From Eubacteriales bacterium (lineage in GTDB: Bacteria > Bacillota > Clostridia > Oscillospirales > QAKW01): DNA of 64,000 nt. Below the pieces are notes generated by a model. The model was not told where the DNA came from and did no database searches. It worked only from the letters and a program-made list of their open reading frames with translations. The translations under genes were made by a program, and so were the position numbers. The DNA is taken from contig JAZQDS010000068.1 in assembly GCA_045546895.1 (NCBI GenBank), positions 2,255-66,254 of the forward strand, in the 5' to 3' direction. Below are positions 29,801 through 36,948 of this stretch, piece by piece (positions within the stretch are counted from its first letter, which is position 1; every line of letters starts with the position of its first letter).

Positions 29801-30572
29801 CAATGCGCAGGATCTTATTCGAGACGGAAAATGCGAAATTAAGGACGTTATCGGTACCCGTGATAATATTATGGTATATTTGATCCATAAAGGTCTTGAG
29901 CCGGGCATGGCATTTAAAATTATGGAAATTGTTCGTAAGGGCAAGGCAAAAAAGCAACTGACGGATGAAATGATTGCAGCGATGAACTCCCATGATTTGC
30001 CGGATTGGTATCTTGAAAGCTGCTTGAAGATCAAATATATGTTTCCAAAGGCCCATGCTGCAGCATATGTTATGGGAGCGATGCGACTGGGATATTATAA
30101 AATTCATTATCCTGTTGAATTTTATTGTGCCACCTTTACAGTGCGTCCCGAAGGCTTTAATGCTGTTGATGTTGCTAAGGGAATGGAACATCTCAGAGGA
30201 ATTATTCGTAGCTTGGAAGGGCTTGGAAAAGCCAAGACTGCCAAGGACGATGAAACCATCAATACCTATCAGGTAGTTATTGAGGCGATGGCGCGCGGTG
30301 TTCGCTTTCTTCCGATCGATCTCTATAAATCGGATGCAACTCGCTTTACAATTGAGGACGGTGCAATTCGGATGCCGTTTAGCGTTTTAAGCGGTGTTGG
30401 CGAAAATGCGGCATATAATATTGTTAAGGCGCGTGATGAGGGCGATATTTTCTCTCAAGAGGAATTTCGCGTTCGCGCAGGGGTGTCCAATACTGTTATT
30501 GATCTCTTGAAAAGGGAAGGAGTATTCGGAGATATTCCTGCCAGCGCGCAAATCAGTTTATTTGATTTCTAA
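26838..30572 (+). CDS. polC: PolC-type DNA polymerase III alpha subunit lacking the exonuclease insertion
   Basis: 1244 aa. It has the PolC N-domain, an OB fold, PHP motifs (ELHLHTNMSAMDA, ITDHG, CDVHF), the PolC zinc module CPVC...CPKC, catalytic PDIDLNF and C-terminal HhH-like regions. Only about 14 residues (T402-R415) sit where canonical PolC carries a ~190-aa DEDD exonuclease. Confidence 0.9.
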   Translation: MEGKNLLSFFKRCAFSEQERALLAGAVTRVEVNQSKRFIKAHTEFPLYVPFSHIIKLEEKIKNTYELNSVEIFCRFSNTQFEPAHWQDMILCIKHRNNAANGFLNDAVIEFNGSEINVVLQHGGLEIMESLGVTRTIETVFREWYEESYKIGYSGVTVVEAGDIATAPEIEFVEEELPPPPPPAPKNEPPKKEWKRPAQVVEMPKIPFKLTDNLIWGDRVGRNFYALNMANQVDGTVSVMGNIFKCENRATWDNKNVRFSVFITDYTGSIIVKFMVPAEKADELSGKLKAGKSIGATGQAYYDKYEEDYVINAKCIFETKYVIRTDDEMDKRVELHLHTNMSAMDAVNTIGDYVERAAYWGHKAIAITDHGNLQNYPDAQAAAKKFGLKMIYGVEGYLVDDTEPGFDFKAKTTKRYHIILLVKNKIGLKHLYELITYSNVNHFYRRPLMYRTEIERLREGLIIGSACEAGELFRAVVEEAPREELLKIASFYDYLEIQPLGNNEYMLRNGTAANEEKLQEFNKTIVSLGEELGKMVVATCDVHFLDPRDEVFRRILMAGNGFADADHQPPLYFRTTKEMLDEFDYLPYETAHKIVVENTNNIADMVEELIPIPFGMHAPEMDGAEEELRTICWKTAHEIYGEELPDLVEARLERELNSIIGNGYAVMYMIAQKLVKKSNDAGYSVGSRGSVGSSFAASMVGISEVNPLPPHYVCPVCKYSEFFNDGSVGSGFDLPNKDCPKCGTVMRTDGHDIPFETFLGFEGDKVPDIDLNFSGEYQSIAHKYVEELFGEGYVFKAGTIGTLADKTAYGYVKKYLEGKEMKLNKAEEQRLVDGCVGIKRTTGQHPAGMVVIPKKYDVYDFCPIQHPADDQESDILTTHFDFHSLHDTILKLDILGHDVPTLLKHLEDLTPLKFADIPMNDPEVYSLLTSPKALNVTPEEIDCETGTLALPEMGTKFVRQMLMEAKPKNFSELLQISGLSHGTDVWIGNAQDLIRDGKCEIKDVIGTRDNIMVYLIHKGLEPGMAFKIMEIVRKGKAKKQLTDEMIAAMNSHDLPDWYLESCLKIKYMFPKAHAAAYVMGAMRLGYYKIHYPVEFYCATFTVRPEGFNAVDVAKGMEHLRGIIRSLEGLGKAKTAKDDETINTYQVVIEAMARGVRFLPIDLYKSDATRFTIEDGAIRMPFSVLSGVGENAAYNIVKARDEGDIFSQEEFRVRAGVSNTVIDLLKREGVFGDIPASAQISLFDF

Positions 30573-30584
30573 GAAAGGGGAACC

Positions 30585-31490
30585 ATGGATTCCTTGTATC
30601 AAACCTTAAAACAATTAAACATTTCTTATTCCGCCGAGCAAACGCTTGCAGAGCTTACTACCTTTAAGGTGGGAGGAGCTGCAGATCTTGTGCTATATCC
30701 GGAATCAATCGAGCAATGCAGGCATATTATAGAGCTTGCGGATCGCCTCGGGAAAAATCTTGTTTTTTTGGGAAATGGATCGAACATTTTAGGATCTGAT
30801 CGCGGCTGCCGCGATTGGATTCTAAAAACCGATCGACTTTCAAAGCTTGAATTGGATAATAATGGTATCCTGAGAGCTGGCGCAGGCGTTAAGCTTGTAA
30901 AGGTTTCTTCCTTTGCGGCTAAAAACGGACGATCCGGCTTTGAATTTGCTCATGGAATTCCCGGGAGCATTGGAGGCGCTGTATTTATGAATGCCGGCGC
31001 TTATGATGGGGCAATGGAACAGGTTGTTTTGCGCACTCATTATTTGGATCGCGCGGGTAATCTTCGTATATTAGAAGCGAAGGACCATTGCTATGGTTAT
31101 CGAAAAAGTTTTTTTATGGACCATCCCGAGCTTTTGATCGTTGAAACCGAGCTACAACTTCGATTGGGCGACATTGAAAAGATCAATGAGAAAATCAATG
31201 ATTTTCAGGCGCGCAGAAAGGAAAAGCAGCCTTTGGAGTTTCCAAGTGCGGGAAGCACATTTAAACGTCCGGAAGGTTATTTTGCAGGTAAATTGATTCA
31301 AGATTCCGGTCTGAAAGGGTTTTCCATTGGTGGTGCGCAGGTGAGCGAAAAGCATGCCGGCTTTGTTATCAATTATGATAATGCTTCAGGCGATGACATT
31401 CGCCGCTTGATTGCTCATATTCAAAAAGAGGTTTATGCTCGATTTGGCGTTGAATTAGAATGCGAGGTTCGCCGCTTGGGCGAGGATTGA
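30585..31490 (+). CDS. murB: UDP-N-acetylenolpyruvoylglucosamine reductase
   Basis: FAD-binding TTFKVGGAADL and LGNGSNIL motifs, plus the C-terminal PSAGSTFKRP. Confidence 0.93.
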   Translation: MDSLYQTLKQLNISYSAEQTLAELTTFKVGGAADLVLYPESIEQCRHIIELADRLGKNLVFLGNGSNILGSDRGCRDWILKTDRLSKLELDNNGILRAGAGVKLVKVSSFAAKNGRSGFEFAHGIPGSIGGAVFMNAGAYDGAMEQVVLRTHYLDRAGNLRILEAKDHCYGYRKSFFMDHPELLIVETELQLRLGDIEKINEKINDFQARRKEKQPLEFPSAGSTFKRPEGYFAGKLIQDSGLKGFSIGGAQVSEKHAGFVINYDNASGDDIRRLIAHIQKEVYARFGVELECEVRRLGED

Positions 31491-31514
31491 TGCTAAAGGG
31501 AGGAGGTGTTTATA

Positions 31515-32420
31515 ATGGCCCTTTCGTTTTCATTTATTGTTAAAGAGGAATTATGCAAAATTGATGAAAAGGAACGCAACAATCGTATTGCCGAACTTTA
31601 TGGAATGATTTTATTCGGTCAGACTTTGGATTCGAATCAATTAAAGATTTCAACAGAGAATGTCTTGGTCATTAATCATCTCCAGAACCTTACTGCGGCG
31701 CATATGAATTCTTTTTTTGAAATGTCGGAGGTTGGTATCACCTTTTATGCTTCCATGCATGGTGCATCTTTGAAAAAGCTTTATCAATCTTTTGGGATGC
31801 TTTCTGATGGCGAGCCTGTACTCCAGCTTCGAGACACCTTGATTCGAGGGAAAAAGCAGTTTCTTTCTTTTTTACGCGGGGCTGTTTTGAGCGGTGGATA
31901 TTTTAGCGACCCTGCCAGCGGATACCATTTTGAATTGGTCACTTCATATTATTCGATCGCAAAATCTGTTTTGGAGCAGATTAATCATTTCGGAATTCCT
32001 TGCAAAATGGTTGTTAGACGCTCAAATTATGTGATTTACTTAAAAGACAGTCAGCAGATTTATGATCTCCTTTATATGCTGGGCGCTCGTTCTGCTGCGT
32101 TTGATTTGATGAATATTAAAATCGAAAAGGAAACAAATAACAACAATAATCGCGTTGATAACTGCACAGCTTATAATATGGACAAGGCCTTGAATAAGGC
32201 TGTGGAGCAAATTCGCGCGATTGAACATATCCGAGATACTATTGGCTTATCCGCTTTGCCTGAGGATTTGCTATATGTTGCAATACTGCGGCAGGAAAAC
32301 CCTACAAGCAATCTGAATGAGTTAACGGCTTTATGCGATGGACGCATGAGTAAGCCGAGTTTGAGCCGTAAGCTCAAAAAAATTATTGAATTTTCCAAGG
32401 AAATTGAAGCTGAAAAATGA
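31515..32420 (+). CDS. whiA: DNA-binding sporulation/cell-division regulator WhiA
   Basis: ORF 31506.. trimmed to ATG 31515, 8 nt after AGGAGG. Starts LSFSFIVKEELC, has LAGLIDADG-like repeats, and ends in a C-terminal HTH (LSRKLKKI). Confidence 0.88.
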   Translation: MALSFSFIVKEELCKIDEKERNNRIAELYGMILFGQTLDSNQLKISTENVLVINHLQNLTAAHMNSFFEMSEVGITFYASMHGASLKKLYQSFGMLSDGEPVLQLRDTLIRGKKQFLSFLRGAVLSGGYFSDPASGYHFELVTSYYSIAKSVLEQINHFGIPCKMVVRRSNYVIYLKDSQQIYDLLYMLGARSAAFDLMNIKIEKETNNNNNRVDNCTAYNMDKALNKAVEQIRAIEHIRDTIGLSALPEDLLYVAILRQENPTSNLNELTALCDGRMSKPSLSRKLKKIIEFSKEIEAEK

Positions 32421-35400
32421 GGGACTTTGTTCATTTACACTTACACACAGAATATAGCCTTTTAGATGGAGCCTGCCGAATCAGCGATGTTGTTGCCGCG
32501 GCAAAGGCTTTGGGGCAGCGCGCCCTGGCTATTACAGATCATGGTGTAATGTATGGAGCCGTTGATTTTTATAAAGCGTGTCAAAAAGAGGGAATTAAGC
32601 CTATTATAGGATGTGAGATCTATGTTGCGCCCAGAAGCCGAAAGGATAAACAATATGAGGTGGATGGCCGTTATTCCCATTTGATTTTATTGGTGAAGAA
32701 TAAGGCGGGCTATCATAATCTTCTTAAGATTGTTTCCCGCGGTTTTACAGAAGGATTTTATTTTAAACCTCGCGCTGATTTTGAGCTACTTGAGCAATAT
32801 CATGAGGGCCTGATCTGCTTATCCGGCTGCATTGCAGGCTCTGTTCAGCAAAAGCTACTTGCCGATAATTATTCCGGCGCAAAAGAAGAAGCAATGCGTT
32901 ATCGCAGTATTTTTGGGGAAGACTATTATTTGGAGCTTCAAAATCATGGATATAAGGAAGATGCAATTATTCTTCCCGGATTGATGCGGATCCATGAGGA
33001 AACCGGAATTCCTTTGGTGGCAACTAACGATGTTCACTATGTTGACAAAGAGGCATCCTTTACCCAAAAAATTCTGATGTGTATTCAGATGAACAAGGTT
33101 TTAAGCGATGAAGATGCGCCCGGCTTTGATACTGATGAATTTTACCTTAAAAGCGGGGATGAGATGGCTGCGCTTTTTGCAGGCTATGAGGGCGCGATAG
33201 ATAATACGATTAAAATTGCGGATGCTTGCAATTATGATTTTGAATTCGGTCAATTTCATTTGCCTAAATTTCAGCTTCCGCAAGGGGTTTCCGATAGCTT
33301 TGCGTATTTGAAGGAAAAATGCTACGAAGGATTAAAAGTGCGTTATGCTGAACCTAATGATCAGCTGAAAGCGCGGCTGGATTATGAGCTTGATACTATT
33401 CGTTCAATGGGTTATGTTGATTATTTCCTGATTGTTGGCGATTTTATCGAATACGCAAAAAACCATGATATTCCTGTTGGGCCCGGAAGAGGGAGCGCCG
33501 CCGGATCTTTGGTATCCTATTGCCTTTATATTACGGATATTGACCCGATTCGTTATGATCTTCTCTTTGAGCGATTTTTAAATCCGGAGCGGGTAACAAT
33601 GCCCGATATCGATATCGATTTTTGCTATGAAAATCGCAGCAAAGTGATCGATTATGTTATTGAAAAATACGGAGAGAATAATGTTGCCCAGATTGTGACT
33701 TTTGGTACAATGGCGGCAAAGCAGGTGGTGCGTGATGTTGGGCGTGCCATGGGAATTCCCTACGGTGAGGTTGATGCTGTTGCCAAAATGATTCCGTTTC
33801 GCATTGGGGTAACGCTGCAGGATGCCCTTAACGACGTTCCCGCATTAAAGGAACTCTATGAAACAAACCAGACAGTTCGACGCTTATTGAATCAAGCGAT
33901 GAGCCTGGAGGGCTTTCCGCGTCATAACTCTACCCATGCGGCAGGCGTTGTTATTACAGAAAATGAGGTGAGCGATTTTGTCCCCATCTCGCTGAACGGA
34001 GAATCCTTTGTTACGCAGTTTACAATGACGACCCTTGAAGAACTGGGTTTGCTTAAAATGGATTTTCTTGGCTTGCGAAATTTAACAATTATTCGCGATA
34101 CCGAGAAGATAATTGCAGAGCGTGAACCCGAGTTTTCTATTAATTCCATTCCGCTGGATGATGAGGCGACTTATCGTACCCTTGCAAGCGGAAATACCAT
34201 TGGCGTTTTTCAAATGGAAAGCGGAGGGATGCGGCAGGTGCTTACGCGCTTGAAGCCTTCTGAGTTTGAAGATATCATTGCGGTGATTTCTCTTTATCGA
34301 CCCGGCCCAATGGATTCTATCCCGACCTATATCGATAATAAAAATCATCCCGAAAAAATCCGTTATTTAACCCCTGAACTGGAGCCGATTTTGAAGGTGA
34401 CTTACGGCTGCATTGTTTATCAGGAACAGGTTATGCAAATTGTTCGTTCCCTTGCCGGTTATTCTTATGCGAGAGCCGATTTGGTCCGCCGCGCCATGAG
34501 CAAAAAGAAGGGCGATGTTATGGAGCGGGAGCGGGAGATTTTTCTGAATGGTTTTACCGATGATCATGGCAATGTTATTGTTGAAGGTGCATTGCGGCGT
34601 GGAATTTCAAAACAAGCGGCAAACAAAATCTTTGACCAAATGATTGATTTTGCAAAATATGCATTCAATAAATCCCATGCAACTTGCTATGCAAAGGTTG
34701 CCTATCAAACGGCCTATTTAAAAACCCATTATCAAACCGAGTATCTGGCGGCTTTGATGACAAGCGTAATCGGGCAAACGGAAAAAACAGCGGAATATAT
34801 TGAGGAATGCCGTCGCCTTGGGATTCGTGTAATGCCGCCTCATATCAATAAAAGCGGCCTTCGTTTTCAGCCGACTCAGGACGGGATTGTTTACGGTCTG
34901 CTTGCGATCAAAAATGTTGGTGTTAAGATGGTCGAGGATATAGTTTCCGAGCGTCAAAAAAATGGAGAATATAAAGATTTTGTTGATTTTTGCTCCCGTA
35001 TTGCGGGCGCTGATATCAATAACCGCGCGATAGAAAGCATGATTAAATGCGGCGTTTTTGATTGCTTTAAATATTCGCGGCGGCATCTTACAATGGTTTT
35101 CGAACCGCTTTTAAGCAGCATTACCGCAGAAAAGAAAAATCAAATTGATGGCCAGATCGGGCTGTTTTCCATGCTGAATGAGCCGCCTGATATCGGCGGA
35201 CGCTTCTTTGAAACTCCCCAGCCTGAATTTGATAAGGCGATAAAGCTTTCGTTTGAGAAAGAAATGATCGGTATTCATTTATCGGATAATCCTTTTGCAC
35301 CCTATCGCCATATTTTTGAGCGTAAGGATATTACCTGCATTGCCGATCTATTAAAGGATGAGAGCAACGATGGGGAAATGATATGGTGCTTTGCGCAGAT

Positions 35401-35863
35401 CGATTCTTATAAAACGGTCAAAACCAAGGCGGGGCAGGAGATGGGTTATCTTGCTCTTTCGGATATTTCCGGCGCCATCGAAGGAATTATGTTTCCGAAG
35501 GTATATGCGCGATGGAGATCGATGATCTCCAAAGGTGCGATGGTATTTTTGCATGGAAAAATTCAGCGCGATGAAACGCGAGGAACCAAGATTCTATTGG
35601 AAGAATTGCGTGTTCCGAGCGAAAAGGAACTGGCCGAAAAAACAAAGAAACTTTATATCAAGCTCCCTTCGCAAAAATCTCCGGAAGCGGATGCTGTTTT
35701 GCAGCTGCTCAAAGAGTATCCCGGCATCAATGAATGTATTCTTTATTTTGCTGATACCAAGAAGAGCGTATCAACGTTGAATAAGAGCGGAATTGAGATT
35801 AAGCCTGATTTGGTTGAAAAACTCAAAAAAATGCTCGGGGATGCAGAAATTGTTGTAAAATAG
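32417..35863 (+). CDS. dnaE: DNA polymerase III alpha subunit DnaE
   Basis: 1148 aa. PHP motifs (HLHLHTEYSLLDGA, ITDHG, NDVHY), catalytic PDIDIDF and a C-terminal OB fold. The ATG overlaps the whiA stop (ATGA). Confidence 0.95.
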   Translation: MRDFVHLHLHTEYSLLDGACRISDVVAAAKALGQRALAITDHGVMYGAVDFYKACQKEGIKPIIGCEIYVAPRSRKDKQYEVDGRYSHLILLVKNKAGYHNLLKIVSRGFTEGFYFKPRADFELLEQYHEGLICLSGCIAGSVQQKLLADNYSGAKEEAMRYRSIFGEDYYLELQNHGYKEDAIILPGLMRIHEETGIPLVATNDVHYVDKEASFTQKILMCIQMNKVLSDEDAPGFDTDEFYLKSGDEMAALFAGYEGAIDNTIKIADACNYDFEFGQFHLPKFQLPQGVSDSFAYLKEKCYEGLKVRYAEPNDQLKARLDYELDTIRSMGYVDYFLIVGDFIEYAKNHDIPVGPGRGSAAGSLVSYCLYITDIDPIRYDLLFERFLNPERVTMPDIDIDFCYENRSKVIDYVIEKYGENNVAQIVTFGTMAAKQVVRDVGRAMGIPYGEVDAVAKMIPFRIGVTLQDALNDVPALKELYETNQTVRRLLNQAMSLEGFPRHNSTHAAGVVITENEVSDFVPISLNGESFVTQFTMTTLEELGLLKMDFLGLRNLTIIRDTEKIIAEREPEFSINSIPLDDEATYRTLASGNTIGVFQMESGGMRQVLTRLKPSEFEDIIAVISLYRPGPMDSIPTYIDNKNHPEKIRYLTPELEPILKVTYGCIVYQEQVMQIVRSLAGYSYARADLVRRAMSKKKGDVMEREREIFLNGFTDDHGNVIVEGALRRGISKQAANKIFDQMIDFAKYAFNKSHATCYAKVAYQTAYLKTHYQTEYLAALMTSVIGQTEKTAEYIEECRRLGIRVMPPHINKSGLRFQPTQDGIVYGLLAIKNVGVKMVEDIVSERQKNGEYKDFVDFCSRIAGADINNRAIESMIKCGVFDCFKYSRRHLTMVFEPLLSSITAEKKNQIDGQIGLFSMLNEPPDIGGRFFETPQPEFDKAIKLSFEKEMIGIHLSDNPFAPYRHIFERKDITCIADLLKDESNDGEMIWCFAQIDSYKTVKTKAGQEMGYLALSDISGAIEGIMFPKVYARWRSMISKGAMVFLHGKIQRDETRGTKILLEELRVPSEKELAEKTKKLYIKLPSQKSPEADAVLQLLKEYPGINECILYFADTKKSVSTLNKSGIEIKPDLVEKLKKMLGDAEIVVK

Positions 35864-35926
35864 CATTGATTTTTTTCTTTGCTTGTTGTATAATTCAGTA
35901 TATTCAATAGTATAGAGGTTAGGTTT

Positions 35927-36898
35927 ATGGCTAATAAGATTAAAAAAATAGGCGTTTTAACCAGTGGCGGGGATGCGCCCGGTATGAATGCTGCCATCCG
36001 CGCTGTTACTCGGAGCGCACGCTCCAGAGGAATTGAGGTTGTTGGTATTCGCAAAGGATATGCCGGTCTGATTAACGGCGATATTATCGATCTGGATATG
36101 CGGGATGTATCTAATATCCTGCAAGAAGGCGGTACAACGCTCTTTTCTGCTCGCAGCAAGGAATTCTGTACTGAAGAAGGAATGCAGAAAGCGGTTGATA
36201 ATTGCAAGAAATTTGGTATTGAGGGCGTTGTTGTTATTGGCGGCGATGGCTCCTTCCGCGGCGCCGCGGATCTTTCTGCACATGGCGTTCCTTGCGTTGG
36301 AATTCCCGCAACCATTGATAACGACATTACTTCTACCGATTATACCATCGGCTTTGATACCTGCGTAAACTGTGTTGTTGATATGGTGGATCGTATCCGC
36401 GATACTATGCGCTCTCATGAGCGTTGTTCGGTTGTTGAAGTAATGGGGCGTCATGCAGGCTATGTTGCTCTTTATGCCGGCATTGCAATCGGCGCCACCT
36501 ATGTAATGGTTCCTGAGATCGAATGCAAAGTTGAGGATGTTATTGCCAAGATTGAATCCGGCAGAAAGCATGGTAAATCCAATTTCATCATCATTGTTGC
36601 AGAAGGTGTTGGGCATGCCGAGGAGCTTTCCAAGCTTATTCAGGAGCGTACCGGCGTTGTTACCCGCGCAACGATTCTTGGCCATGTTCAGCGCGGCGGT
36701 TCGCCTACCGGCCAGGATCGTATTCTTGCCAGTAGATTTGGCGCTTACGCGGTCGAATTGCTTGCAGAAGGCCTGAGCAATCGTGTTGTTGGTATTCATA
36801 AAGAAACGCTGGTGAATTATGATATTCAGGAAGCCCTTTCTATGAAGAAGGAATTTCCGATGGATCTTTATAATATCAGTAACATTATTTCTATCTGA
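35927..36898 (+). CDS. pfkA: ATP-dependent 6-phosphofructokinase
   Basis: GVLTSGGDAPGMNAA, IGGDGS and PATIDND motifs. Confidence 0.95.
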   Translation: MANKIKKIGVLTSGGDAPGMNAAIRAVTRSARSRGIEVVGIRKGYAGLINGDIIDLDMRDVSNILQEGGTTLFSARSKEFCTEEGMQKAVDNCKKFGIEGVVVIGGDGSFRGAADLSAHGVPCVGIPATIDNDITSTDYTIGFDTCVNCVVDMVDRIRDTMRSHERCSVVEVMGRHAGYVALYAGIAIGATYVMVPEIECKVEDVIAKIESGRKHGKSNFIIIVAEGVGHAEELSKLIQERTGVVTRATILGHVQRGGSPTGQDRILASRFGAYAVELLAEGLSNRVVGIHKETLVNYDIQEALSMKKEFPMDLYNISNIISI

Positions 36899-36909
36899 CA
36901 ATTGAATTG

Positions 36910-36948
36910 AAAAGCACCGTAGAGCTGAAGCTCTACGGTGCTTTTTTT
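36910..36948. terminator. bidirectional intrinsic terminator (pfkA / convergent GH20 gene)
   Basis: AAAAGCACCGTAGAGC-TGAA-GCTCTACGGTGCTTTT followed by T7, with an A run on the other side. Confidence 0.8.

Noticed and set aside
35743-36901. Two long antisense ORFs (194 and 314 aa) that cover almost the whole of pfkA.
   Set aside because: The pfkA identity is unambiguous. The antisense products are Ala/Gly/Asn/Ile-rich mirror translations with no start signals. Their length is striking, but it fits the codon bias of a highly expressed gene.
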